From positions 32,001-96,000 of the forward strand of contig CAWJZV010000018.1 in the NCBI GenBank assembly GCA_963847445.1: DNA of 64,000 bases. Reading direction: 5' to 3'. The notes below the pieces were generated by a model. It was not told the origin of the DNA. It worked only from the letters and a program-made list of their open reading frames with translations, and did no database searches. The stretch comes from an uncultured delta proteobacterium. GTDB taxonomy: Bacteria > Desulfobacterota > Binatia > UBA9968. Positions 54,249 to 64,000 of this stretch are shown piece after piece; within the stretch, counting starts at the first letter, position 1; every line of letters begins with the position of its first letter. The position numbers were made by a program, and so were the translations under genes.

Positions 54249-56753
54249 TTATTTATCCGATGATTTGGCGACGGGGGCCGCGAGATCGATGCTCGCCTCG
54301 GGCGCCGAATCGCGCACCAGCCGCACCTCGCGCTGGGGAAAGGGAAAAGACATGCCCGCCGCATTGACCGCATCGTACACGGCCGCGGCCAGATCGCTTT
54401 TGACTTGCGTGGATTGGTTGAATTGCCGCGGCCATACACGCAGCTCAAAGTTGATCGAGCTGTCGCCGTAGCTCATGAAGAGCGCGCGCGGCGCGGGCTC
54501 TGGCAAAACATCCGGGTGCGCCCGCGCCACCTGCTCGAGCAGCTCGATCACCTTTTTAGGATCGGCCCCGTAGTTCACGCCGACCGGCAGATCGACGCGC
54601 CGCAAACGATCGCTGAGCGTCCAGTTGGTGACTCGGTCGGTAATCAGCTGCGAATTGGGAACGATGATATCGGCCCCTGCGCCGGTGTGGATCACGCTCG
54701 CTCGGATGCCGATGCGTCGCACCGTGCCCTGAAGGTTGCCGACCTCAACGGTGTCGCCGACGTGGATCGGCCGCTCGAACAACAAGATCAGCCCGGAGAC
54801 AAAATTATTGACGATACTCTGCAGACCAAAGCCGATGCCGACACCGAAGGCGCCGGCGAGGACACTCACCTTGTTGAAATCGACCCCGAGCACGCCGAGC
54901 GCGGCGACAAATCCGAGGGCGAGAATAATGTAATTGAGCAAACTGGAGGCGGCGTAGGACAGGCCGGGAGCGAGATCGATTCTCGGGTAGACATCCTCTT
55001 GCAAAGCGAAGCGCAGGAAGCGCGACAGCAGGTGGGCCAACCAAACGATCAGAAAAAATTCCAGCACGTTGCCGAGCGAGATGGCGATGGTGCCGCGCTC
55101 CAGCTTGGTCGAGAGCAGGGCTTGTCCTAAGGACCACGCGCTATCCAAAAGACCGAGGTAGGCCAGATAGCGGATCGACCAGGCCAAGACTGCTCCCCAA
55201 ATCAGCAGCCGATAAACCCGCCTTTCCAGAAGTTCGCCTTGGTGCGCAACCATCCGGAGCAAGCGCAGCGGCCACAGCCGCAACGCCAGCGCGATCGCTC
55301 CCCCGACCACTCGCAGCATCGCAAACGCCAGGATTACCAGGACGGCGCCGACAAGAATACCGGGCGTCAAGAGACGCGCCAGGCGCGCATAACCTGCCGC
55401 TCCCGCCGCCAGCGCGACAAGGAGAACGATCATGAGCAGAAATCGACCCGCCTTCAGGAGTATCAGACCGGAAGATTCGGCTCTCTCGGCAATGATTTGG
55501 CGATAATGGCGGCGAATCCCGAACAGCACGATGATCGCAGCGAGGGTCTCGGCGACAATGATCGCCAGACCGATCAGTCGTATGCCCGAAAAGGCCTGGC
55601 GCAGGATATCGACGGCCAACAGAAAACAGAACGTATAGCTCACCGACGCGACCGAAACGCTGAGCATCGGCCGCGCCACGCGGAGCATCGGCACGAGCAT
55701 TAGAATTGTCAGGAGTTGCCGCACCGCGGTAGGCATCTGAAAAAACGGTGAAGTCACAAAGATCAACGTAGTCGCCAACGCCGCCGCGTAGGGTCGCTTG
55801 AAGACCAAGATGGCCGGCGATGCAGCCACGCCGGACTTCTCCCACGCAGCGAGCTTGCGCCGCGCCGCAGCGAACACCACGGCCAAGACTATGAACAGCG
55901 CGGCATGCAGAGCGCTTCCCTGGCGCGGCTCGCGCACGTATTTAACGATCTCCGACCAATGGGCGCTGCCGGCCCGGCGTAAATGCTCGGGCAACGCTTT
56001 GAGCGCGTCCGGCCATAACTCCACCCTCCAGATCGGCGGCACGGTGGCGACGAAAATGCCGGCAACGGCTTGTTGCTGAATCTGGCCGATCTGCGCCAAA
56101 ATCGTGTCGCACTTGGTCACCCCTTGGGCGACGCGGCTCTGCAGATCCAACAGCGCCGCGCGCTCGCTTTGAAGTTTAGCCTGCGCCGCCGTAATCGCCG
56201 CCAGCGTGGCGTCGATCTGTTGCAGGATCGGATCCGGAGCCTTGGCTTCCTGCGCCGCCGCGCGCGTGTTGCCCCAGGTTTTTTGCAGATCGGTAAGTTG
56301 ATTCAGTGACTGCTGCAGTTTGGTCGCCTGCAGGGTGAGCGCGCTCAAGGAGCCCTTCGCTGCCAATTCGTGGCGCTGCCAATCCTGCTGCAAGCTCTGC
56401 AAAACATCGAGGGTAGGCTCCGCTTCCAAGGTCTTGGTCGTCGCGGCGAATTGCCCGTCCAACTTTTCGCTCAATTCAGGAAGGGTCTTGGCGATGGTTT
56501 CGATTTGCGCGCTGGGCGCCGCGCTCGCGGTCAAATTACCGAGTAAGTTGGATACTTCAGTGGCCCGCGTCGCGATATCCCCCAGTGGGATCACCACCGG
56601 TGGCGCCGGCACGGCCGGTTCAGGCGCCGCAGCCTTAGCCGCGGGCGCCGGCAAAGCGACGGATTTTTCCTGCGCTGCGTTACCGTAGCCGCTGGAGAGC
56701 AACAGCAAGAACGCTAGTATGACAGTCGTAGCAAAAGTATGTCTTGCGCGCAT
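54249..56753 (-). CDS. MscS/MscK-family mechanosensitive channel
   Basis: Signal peptide, coiled-coil periplasmic region, multiple TM helices, GIGFGLQSIVNNFVSGLILLFERP, IIVPNS and FPFPQRE. Confidence 0.92.
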   Translation of the reverse strand: MRARHTFATTVILAFLLLLSSGYGNAAQEKSVALPAPAAKAAAPEPAVPAPPVVIPLGDIATRATEVSNLLGNLTASAAPSAQIETIAKTLPELSEKLDGQFAATTKTLEAEPTLDVLQSLQQDWQRHELAAKGSLSALTLQATKLQQSLNQLTDLQKTWGNTRAAAQEAKAPDPILQQIDATLAAITAAQAKLQSERAALLDLQSRVAQGVTKCDTILAQIGQIQQQAVAGIFVATVPPIWRVELWPDALKALPEHLRRAGSAHWSEIVKYVREPRQGSALHAALFIVLAVVFAAARRKLAAWEKSGVAASPAILVFKRPYAAALATTLIFVTSPFFQMPTAVRQLLTILMLVPMLRVARPMLSVSVASVSYTFCFLLAVDILRQAFSGIRLIGLAIIVAETLAAIIVLFGIRRHYRQIIAERAESSGLILLKAGRFLLMIVLLVALAAGAAGYARLARLLTPGILVGAVLVILAFAMLRVVGGAIALALRLWPLRLLRMVAHQGELLERRVYRLLIWGAVLAWSIRYLAYLGLLDSAWSLGQALLSTKLERGTIAISLGNVLEFFLIVWLAHLLSRFLRFALQEDVYPRIDLAPGLSYAASSLLNYIILALGFVAALGVLGVDFNKVSVLAGAFGVGIGFGLQSIVNNFVSGLILLFERPIHVGDTVEVGNLQGTVRRIGIRASVIHTGAGADIIVPNSQLITDRVTNWTLSDRLRRVDLPVGVNYGADPKKVIELLEQVARAHPDVLPEPAPRALFMSYGDSSINFELRVWPRQFNQSTQVKSDLAAAVYDAVNAAGMSFPFPQREVRLVRDSAPEASIDLAAPVAKSSDK

Positions 56754-56819
56754 GCTTGTTAGACCTCGCAATCGGCACATCGAGTAGAGCCGTATTCAGA
56801 ATGGAGTGAGATCCGGCAA

Positions 56820-57761
56820 CTACAGCCCGCCGCCCCATCGGAGTTGCCATGCAACGCCGAGCACGTCTAGATCCGCTCCAGTCTTGGCATAGACATTGGT
56901 GCTGCCGTAGAGTTTGATCGAGTTGTAGCGATTAATCGGCAGCGCCAGGGTGAGGCCGACACGGACATTCTCAAGGCTTTCTCCCTTATCGCCGTCGATG
57001 GTCCCGCGCGCCCCCGTGTAGTAAAGCGCATCGAACCCGAGCCAAATCCCGGGCGTGATCGAGTAAATCAAATGTCCTTGCACGGAATAGACTGGACTGA
57101 CTTGGAGGGTTTTGCCGTCGAGAAAATCGTTGTTGTCAGTGTAGAAACGGACGCCGCCAGCAAGCTCCAACGTCACCGGGCCCCAGGTTTTGGAAACTCC
57201 TAGCTCCGGCTTGAAAGACCAGCGATTGGTGCCGACGTTCACCAGTTTATCGGATTCATATTTTCCGAGCGGCGGAGTCACCTCTACGCTGGAACCGACA
57301 ATGAGATCCGGCTGATAATCGCGGAATTCATCAAGCGTGAGCGCCGGCGCGCCGTAAAGCAACATCGAGAGCCGTAGTCGCGGATCGTTGAATCCGGAAA
57401 CCTTCCGCGTGCGCGCTTGGCCGGCCAGTTTGGCGCTGCCATCGACCCACGTGTAAGGCACGATCAGGTCGAACTTCCCCGACCGGCCCCACAAGTCCAA
57501 GGTGCGCACGTAGGCAAGAACTGCGCTGTTAAGTTTGATCTCGGTATCGGTAATTGGCACCGATGGATCGACACCGACATTGCCTTGAGAGTATGCATAA
57601 CCGCCGATCAGGAAGTTGAGTCCCACCGGCGTGTTGGCATAAGCCCTCGGTTCAAGATCCTGGGCGGATGCGGTCCCTCCGCTCGTCGCAAAATCGCCAA
57701 CCGCGAACAAACCCGGTAACAACATCGCAAACAGTAATCTTCGCAATGCTAATGACGACAT
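56820..57761 (-). CDS. Outer-membrane transporter-like protein (Phenol_MetA_deg family)
   Basis: QDLEPRAYANTPVG, NVGTNRWSFKPELGVSK and WQLRWGGGL terminus. Confidence 0.8.
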   Translation of the reverse strand: MSSLALRRLLFAMLLPGLFAVGDFATSGGTASAQDLEPRAYANTPVGLNFLIGGYAYSQGNVGVDPSVPITDTEIKLNSAVLAYVRTLDLWGRSGKFDLIVPYTWVDGSAKLAGQARTRKVSGFNDPRLRLSMLLYGAPALTLDEFRDYQPDLIVGSSVEVTPPLGKYESDKLVNVGTNRWSFKPELGVSKTWGPVTLELAGGVRFYTDNNDFLDGKTLQVSPVYSVQGHLIYSITPGIWLGFDALYYTGARGTIDGDKGESLENVRVGLTLALPINRYNSIKLYGSTNVYAKTGADLDVLGVAWQLRWGGGL

Positions 57762-57964
57762 CCTGAACCTGCCTGCGACGCATAAAAGAATTAGTTTAAC
57801 GGTACCTTTAAAAATTGCGCTCCGTCAATTCCCTGGACAACAACGATCAATCGGCGTTCGGCAGTTCTGGTCGCTCGTACCGCAACCTCGTCGGCGCCGA
57901 GCTTTGCTTTTCAGCAACTCGGACACGGGCAGATCAAGAGCTTGCTGGGTGGGCTGAATCGCGA

Positions 57965-59107
57965 TTACAGCAGCGCTTCACCGCTGCAATCAACCCTCTT
58001 TTCGCGATTCAGAACGCCGCCTAGTCGTTCAATCAGCCAGAACATGGCGGTGCCGCCAATCGCATATGGGGGCAGCAGCCGCAGCCAGCCGAAAAATTGC
58101 GGTCGCAGCGGCGATAAGCGCACCCGACGGAGCATCCAGCGGCCAAGCGCCATGAATGCGAACACCACGGCGATAAAACTGAAATGGCCGACCTCGACAC
58201 CGATGCTGAACAGCAGTAGAGCGAGCGGAATGTGACCTTCCGGCAATCCCACTTCGCTCAATCCGCCGGCGAATCCCAACCCGTGCAATAATCCGAACGA
58301 GAATGCGACGAGCCATGGCTGACGCTCTGTGAGGCTAGGCTGGGTCGACGGAGACCTGCCGTGGCTGCGGAGAATTTCTTTGGCGACAAAGACGATACTC
58401 AAGGCAATGACCGCCTCAACAGGCGGCGACGGAACGTGAACAAAGCCGAGCGTGGCCAAGGCTAGCGTTACGCTGTGCGCAACGGTAAATGCGCTCACGG
58501 TCTTGACCAACTTGCCGAATCCGCGCACCAGCAGCAGCAGGCCGAGCACAAACAGCAGGTGGTCGACACCGGTCAAAATGTGCTCGACTCCAAGAGCAAG
58601 ATACGTGCGGACGATTTCCATCCGGCTGGGAGCGGCCTCGACGACGAATGAGGGCATGGCGGGCGTAAGGCGCGTCACTTGAGTGCTTCCTTCGAGTCGC
58701 TCCAGTCGCACCAAAACATCGGTCAAGGTTGCCGAAAGTCCGGCGATACGGATCGTGCCGCCGCTCAAGCCCATTGCGCATTTGATGCTCCAGCGCTCGG
58801 TATATGCGTTGGCGGCGAAAGCACCGCGCGGTTGGGTCAGGTTCGAGCAGCTCTCCGGCAGTTGCACATAAAGCCCCAGGCGCAGGTCTTCTCCTTGTCC
58901 CGGCACTTTCCACAACACGTCGTACGTATCGCCGCTGGTCTGATGCAGTTCCAGGTAAGCCGGGCGCACTTCATGGGAGAATGCCATGCGGTGCAGAACA
59001 GCGACGATAAAATCGCGTAACACACAGAAAAAAAGCAGCTCCTCGAAATGAGTTTTACACTGCTTCTGAGTCGTCAATCTGGAACGGTTATTCGAACGCA
59101 TGATCAT
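57965..59107 (-). CDS. HupE/UreJ family membrane protein; ends uncertain owing to indels
   Basis: HEVRPAYL, GVEHILTGVDHLLF, AFTVAHSVTL and FGLLHGLGFAG. Confidence 0.88.
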   Translation of the reverse strand: MIMRSNNRSRLTTQKQCKTHFEELLFFCVLRDFIVAVLHRMAFSHEVRPAYLELHQTSGDTYDVLWKVPGQGEDLRLGLYVQLPESCSNLTQPRGAFAANAYTERWSIKCAMGLSGGTIRIAGLSATLTDVLVRLERLEGSTQVTRLTPAMPSFVVEAAPSRMEIVRTYLALGVEHILTGVDHLLFVLGLLLLVRGFGKLVKTVSAFTVAHSVTLALATLGFVHVPSPPVEAVIALSIVFVAKEILRSHGRSPSTQPSLTERQPWLVAFSFGLLHGLGFAGGLSEVGLPEGHIPLALLLFSIGVEVGHFSFIAVVFAFMALGRWMLRRVRLSPLRPQFFGWLRLLPPYAIGGTAMFWLIERLGGVLNREKRVDCSGEALL

Positions 59108-60024
59108 TGCGCCTCAGCGACTTGCTTTACATCGCTAGCTTTAACCGTTTCCGGCCGCTCGATGGTCACGACATAACGCTGCAGCAAGGTTCGATAGAAC
59201 TTCTCGTTCGCTTCCAGGCGGCGCGCGTGGGTCCACTCGCGGCGCGCCGCGGCACGGACATCCTCGAGTGCCGGCATTGATCCATCCGTCCGCTCGGCGA
59301 TTATAACCAGATGAACGCCGAAGCCCGACTCGGTCGGCCCCTGCCATTGGCCAACCGGCATCTCACCGAGTGCGGCTGCAAACCGTTCGCCAAATTGCTT
59401 CACCACTTCGGCCGCCGCTATTCCATTAAATTCATTTTCGAGCATGAGGGAATCGCCGAGCGCCGCAATATCGGCGTTGGTTCCGGCGCGACGCAGCTGC
59501 GCGAGCAGCTTCGTCGCGTCTCGTCCGAGATTTGTCCCGCGCTGCTGCGGGTTGAGATAGACTTGCCTAAAAGTAAATCTCCGATCGCCGCGAAACGCGT
59601 CTGCATGTTCTTTCAAATATGCGCGTAACTGCTCGTCGGTCGGCTCAGCGTGGGCGGCGACGTCTTCAGAGACAAACTCAAGCTTCTGGCGCAGCCGCCG
59701 GCGGATGATCGTGTCGTCCTTGTCGAGGCCGAGGGCAACCGCTTCGCGGGCGAAAACTTCTTCGCGAACGTAGTCGCGGAGCATCCCTTCCAATTCGCTT
59801 GCAGTCGGCGGCCGCCGCCAGGTGCGGCTGAAAGCGGTCTCGAGCGACTCGATCCGGCCTTGGGTGATGAGAATCTTGCCGGGTTGGCTCGTCTCGCTCG
59901 AAATGAATTTGAACGCCGCGAAAATCAATGCGCCGAGCAACAGGAAATGCACCAGCGGTTCGCGAAGCAAGCGTCCGACCGTGTCTCGGTACTCGTCACT
60001 CGACAATGTTTCGTGCCTTTTCAC
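59104..60024 (-). CDS. Parvulin-like peptidyl-prolyl isomerase (Rotamase_2)
   Basis: LREPLVHFLLLG, LGLDKDDTIIRRRLRQK and WQGP.ESGFGVHLV. Confidence 0.85.
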   Translation of the reverse strand: MKRHETLSSDEYRDTVGRLLREPLVHFLLLGALIFAAFKFISSETSQPGKILITQGRIESLETAFSRTWRRPPTASELEGMLRDYVREEVFAREAVALGLDKDDTIIRRRLRQKLEFVSEDVAAHAEPTDEQLRAYLKEHADAFRGDRRFTFRQVYLNPQQRGTNLGRDATKLLAQLRRAGTNADIAALGDSLMLENEFNGIAAAEVVKQFGERFAAALGEMPVGQWQGPTESGFGVHLVIIAERTDGSMPALEDVRAAARREWTHARRLEANEKFYRTLLQRYVVTIERPETVKASDVKQVAEAQ

Positions 60025-60173
60025 TTTCGTCTCATCCTCTCAATCGAGCTGGTCAATATCCCGATCATCCCGTCGAGCAATTCGATCCGTTGCTGAATTA
60101 CATCCTTCTTGTGGTTTCTTCACTCGACACTCTTTCCTGACCCTCGACACTCGTCACTCGACGATTCCATTGC

Positions 60174-62159
60174 TCAGGCTCCCGGCGTATACCAGATTGG
60201 CGATGTATAGGCGCGCTCGGTCGTGGTCATGGGAACTTCCTTCGGCATCTTGACGCCGAAATATTTCGCGTCGTAGGCGGTCCAGCGCGGTGTCGGAATC
60301 TCGATGACGCGGCCGTAGTAAAACGCGCGCTGCGCCGGATCGAAGTCCGGATCTTGCCACACGGCGATCAACTCGGTTGCGCCGATCGTATTGGTCCAGG
60401 TCGCGTTGTCGACGTCTACCGTGGTGCCCACCGAGGGCAGTTTGCCGGTTTTCGCATCCGGTTTGCGGCCCGCCGACCAGGCGACGTCATAGATCTTTTC
60501 GTGGAGTTGGCCCTTGGCATCGAGCCAGCCTTTGATGATCTGATAACGATCCAGGTTGGCGCCGATCGGATCCTTGAGCGCGGCAACGAGAAACGTCGGC
60601 GCCTTGCCTTTCGGTGCATCGGTGAGATCGCCGCCCATCGGCACGCCTTTGGTGTAACCGATGTTAGCCGGCAAGCGGTTCTGCGCATCTTTCGCCTCGA
60701 AATCGAATCCGCCAAAGAAACGCACGGCCATGCGCGGCCCCGTCGTAGCGTAAGTCTCCCGACGTTGCATGGCGTCGAAAATGGACTCGCGGGTGTTTTC
60801 CTGAGCCCACACGGCGGCGTAGCCGGCGGCTTGCGTCTCCCAGCCCAGGATGGTCACGCCCGATGCCGCATTTTTGATGAACGGATGCTCCCACCGTTGC
60901 GGGCTCGGTTCGGAGGTGGCCATCTTGCCGAAGAAATTGTCCTCCTCGATCGCGGAGATGCCGATGTGCGAGTCGGTCGAGCCGACGAGACCAAACTTGA
61001 AGGGGTTCGCGCCGAGCTCCGCCTCGAGCTTGAGGCCGTTCTTGTAGGCCGAGCGCGCGTATTCGAACTCCAGCATCTCCGGCTTCTTGGGAACCGAGCC
61101 ATCGAGGTTGGCTTTGTCCCAGCGGTTGAAGTCCGCAAACTCGTCATTGGGCGAAAGAAAGGGATGCGCTTCGCCGTCGCCCTTGGTCTGGGTGACTTCG
61201 TAGAGGCGCTCCCATTTCAGGCGAGTCAGAGCGTAGTCCTTGTCGAGCTTGCCACCTGAGACCGGCTCGATGATCGGGAACATGCGGCCGTTGGAGAGAT
61301 TGCCGTTGTGCGCGATGGCCAGCAAGCGCCCACCGGTCTTCTGCTCGTAGGCGGCCATCCATTTCCAGAGATCGCGCGGGTCGTCGCTGCCCAGCGGCGG
61401 GAAGGTCGTGTAAGGCTCCATCTGACTGGCCTTCGAGCCGTCGTCGCGATAAATCACGTTGCGGTGGAGGTTATTGCCGCCGGTATTCGAGGTCCACTCG
61501 TAGCCGATGAAGGCCGTGAAGCGCCCTGGGGCGTTGGCCTGTTCGGCGGCTTGAATGGTCGCCTGCCACGCCGAGCGGTAGCCGGGGCTGCCCGGCAGGT
61601 ATTGCATCGTCGCCGGCATCTTCCCGGCGCCGTAAAGCGGCAGCAATTCGCCGAAGGCCTGCGAGACCTTGCCGTCGCGGACAAGTTCAAACCAGCGGCG
61701 CGCGGTCGGATCGGCCAGCACCTCGGGCTTCCCGCCGAGGAAGTCCGGCGCCAGGCCCATGAAATCCGAGTGGTCCGCCACCACGAGAAAGTCGAGCGGC
61801 CGCGAGAGGCGCACCCGCTGGCCAGTGGAGGATGTCACCTCCTCGCCCTTGGCGAAGCGATACGCCTCCACGGGGCCGAGCTTGCAGCCGAACATGCCGG
61901 CGTCGAAAGACATCGCGGTGTGCAGGTGCGTGTCGCCGAAGAGCGGGCGCCCCGGGAAGTTGCGTCCCGCATACGGCGAGTAGTGCGGCTTGGCCGGAAA
62001 CACCTTGGCTGCCGTTTCCTTGTCGAGTGTGCCCATGTCGGTCTGCACCTGCGCCAGCACCGGCACAGCGACGGCGGCAGCCGCAGTTGCCGCGATCTTC
62101 AAGAAGTCACGGCGCTTGATATCGTTAGCTGAATTTAAAAGTTTTTTCTTTTTTGCCAT
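60174..62159 (-). CDS. DUF3604 PHP-like metalloprotein with Tat signal
   Basis: KRRDFLK, FGDTHLHT, DFLVVADHS, GYEWT, NLHRNV, HNGNLSNG, GSTDSH and ERAYTSPIWY. Confidence 0.9.
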   Translation of the reverse strand: MAKKKKLLNSANDIKRRDFLKIAATAAAAVAVPVLAQVQTDMGTLDKETAAKVFPAKPHYSPYAGRNFPGRPLFGDTHLHTAMSFDAGMFGCKLGPVEAYRFAKGEEVTSSTGQRVRLSRPLDFLVVADHSDFMGLAPDFLGGKPEVLADPTARRWFELVRDGKVSQAFGELLPLYGAGKMPATMQYLPGSPGYRSAWQATIQAAEQANAPGRFTAFIGYEWTSNTGGNNLHRNVIYRDDGSKASQMEPYTTFPPLGSDDPRDLWKWMAAYEQKTGGRLLAIAHNGNLSNGRMFPIIEPVSGGKLDKDYALTRLKWERLYEVTQTKGDGEAHPFLSPNDEFADFNRWDKANLDGSVPKKPEMLEFEYARSAYKNGLKLEAELGANPFKFGLVGSTDSHIGISAIEEDNFFGKMATSEPSPQRWEHPFIKNAASGVTILGWETQAAGYAAVWAQENTRESIFDAMQRRETYATTGPRMAVRFFGGFDFEAKDAQNRLPANIGYTKGVPMGGDLTDAPKGKAPTFLVAALKDPIGANLDRYQIIKGWLDAKGQLHEKIYDVAWSAGRKPDAKTGKLPSVGTTVDVDNATWTNTIGATELIAVWQDPDFDPAQRAFYYGRVIEIPTPRWTAYDAKYFGVKMPKEVPMTTTERAYTSPIWYTPGA

Positions 62160-62450
62160 CTTTTCTCCTAACCTGTTCCTGCCCAGATTTTCTGGCGAAT
62201 CTTGTGTCAATGTCACGTCCTGTCAAAGTGAACTTCGGTGAAGCGTAAAGACCGCGGTAACAAATGACTGTAGCGTCGCCCGGGAAGCCGCCGAAGAATT
62301 TATACCGAAGCGCGTCTCGACGCGTCGGGAGTGGTTATCTCCGGCGGAATGTCCATCGTCATTTTTATTTTCGAGTTACTCTGCGCTTAAGCAGCGACTG
62401 TACCCAAACGAAACGGGGGCGCGCAAGCAGCCATTCGTACTTGTGAATGG

Positions 62451-62602
62451 CGCTACACGCATGAGCCAATCGCCCTTGTAGAAAGCGCGGTCGCCAAAGA
62501 ATGAGCCGATGCTCCAGCCTTGACATTTTTCATTCCGCTGGCCAGAAACTTGTCCACCTTTTCGTCGCCCTCCTTCACGCCCAGCAAGACCTCGGCCTTG
62601 TA
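62451..62602 (-). pseudogene. Internal remnant of a DUF1254/DUF1214-type gene
   Basis: With one indel it reads KAEVLLGVKEGDEKVDKFLASGMKNV-GWSIGSFFGDRAFYKGDWLMR, recognised as the DUF1254-DUF1214 linker region; no flanking coding sequence. Confidence 0.55.
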
Positions 62603-63268
62603 TGCTCAATACCCCATTAAAGAATCTGCGTTTGGCTTTCACGAATGTTGTCCTTTCATTTCCTACTTCTCGATCTTGTAGATGTATCACTTCCCTCATT
62701 GCTCACGACGCCTGCTTCACCGCCGCGTCTGCCAGGGAGCGTTCGCGATCGGCAGGATCGAAGTTATGGACGATTTTCCCGAAACCGCCAATGCTGGCCA
62801 AGACGTCGACTAGTTTCCGTTTACGTTTTCAGCTGCATTTGGAACGCTTTCGGGGAAAATAGACTGAACCGATCGAGCGTGTATATTGGACCTTGGTCCA
62901 ATGGGGTTCGATCCAGGATGCGGGATGCGGGATGCGAATTTTTATTCTGACCCGAACTGCTGGTATCCGGGGGCAAAGTGAACAGCAGAGATCTACGAAA
63001 TGTCGAGACTCAAGAGATGCGAAACCGAATTAAGGATTTCGCGAACGCACTGCTTCGGTGTTTTTTCTCCAAGCCCGAGGATACACGCTATAGCATCCTC
63101 CTTTTCGTCCTGAGTGACCGGGTCATCCCTCGTATCGCAATTGGCGAGTGGACCCGACTCGATGGCAATGCCCAGCACCTGCTAAAGAGTTTGAGCGTTT
63201 AGTTTCATAAATGTACTACTATTAGATTCCTAGAATTTCTCAGACCCGTCAATTTTTTCTGCCTCCGC

Positions 63269-64000
63269 TCACTTCGGAAACAAAAATTGGACCTGAAAGC
63301 GCAACTGCCAGTCCGGGCCGAAATCAGGTTTCGCGACATTCCCGTAGGCGGCAAGTTGCACGTTGATCGGTTGCTTACCCACTCGGAATAGTTTTCCCAC
63401 GCCGCCGCCTATCGGCACAGTCCAGACATCGCCTGCCTTGTCCGCTTTCCAATCGGCCGTGAGTATCGGCGCAGTGGTCAGATACCAACCAGCCGGCAAG
63501 TTGTAGTTGACGAACGGCTGCGACACCATCGCGTTCACGGCTTTGTCGCCCCAACCGCCGACGGACCACTGATTATTCATCAGCGCGCCAAACACCCACG
63601 GCCCTTGCATTGTCAGTGCTACGCCCGCCGGTCCCATGCTCCACTTGCCGCTGCCAAGCAGACGATCGTTCGCCGTCGGCAAAGTAAACGTCGGCCCAAA
63701 ACCCCAAATCAAACTGCTCGGCTTCGACGGTGAGAAAAAGAATGTCGGGTTGATGTCGCCCCAATCCCGCGGCACTATCGACGCCTGGAAATAACGACGG
63801 CTGGCTGATGATCGGCATGATCACCCGCGTGATCAAGTTCCAATCTTCCGCTATCTTGATCGGAATCACCGGCTGCACGTTAAGAATGTAAATCATCTTG
63901 TCTTTGCTGCCGGCGCCAAAGTTGAAATTGTTCTGCAGCGGCACACTGATCAGATCCGCCACCGGATTCTGGGTTTGCTTCGCCAGCTCGGATTCGTCCT
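63269..64000 (-). CDS. Outer-membrane beta-barrel-like protein (neuromedin-U-annotated family); frameshifted and 5'-truncated by window edge
   Basis: LAKQTQNPVADLISVPLQNNFNFG, LNVQPVIP, LGSGKWSMGP, QPFVNYN and WQLRFQVQFLFPK. Confidence 0.8.

Noticed and set aside
62993-63208. ORF with an in-frame TAG (MKLNAQTL-TAG-QVLGIAIE...) as possible pyrrolysine or read-through
   Set aside because: No recognisable family, atypical composition and no supporting context; likely non-coding or decayed.
1-64000. Genome-wide UGA reassignment (to Trp or Gly) as the explanation for the in-frame TGAs
   Set aside because: Many complete genes end in TGA (for example at 16274, 41697, 48398 and 60174), Trp is encoded by TGG, and two of the in-frame TGAs align with conserved Cys.

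Overview
GC-rich bacterial chromosomal window. The gene content resembles Candidatus Binatia-type genomes: many orphan solute-binding proteins, amidohydrolases, orphan xanthine-dehydrogenase-family subunits and heptamer/REP intergenic repeats (taxonomy is inference). Many genes are broken by single-base indels, most likely long-read assembly errors. Contents: tRNA-Met; lipoate ligase; aceE-aceF-lpdA followed by a stand-alone 5'-3' exonuclease; tenA; aromatic-catabolism-type enzymes; two tandem arrays of substrate-binding proteins; a 2-oxoacid:ferredoxin oxidoreductase; and a DUF3604/PPIase/HupE-UreJ/MscS block. The main result is three genes with in-frame UGA codons, each followed by a candidate bacterial SECIS hairpin, all missed or split by the ORF track. 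(1) A 73-aa protein at 19766-19987 (-) with two UGAs in a U-H-S-N-U (UxxxU) motif and two tandem hairpins. (2) A DUF411 protein whose CxCC motif reads U-E-C-C. (3) A sulfide:quinone-oxidoreductase-like flavoprotein whose second catalytic Cys is a UGA. The first two are the ends of one four-gene run. No sel machinery genes lie in the window, so selenocysteine decoding remains an inference. A tandem array of four ABC_sub_bind-family genes includes three near-identical copies whose differences cluster in a few short windows.
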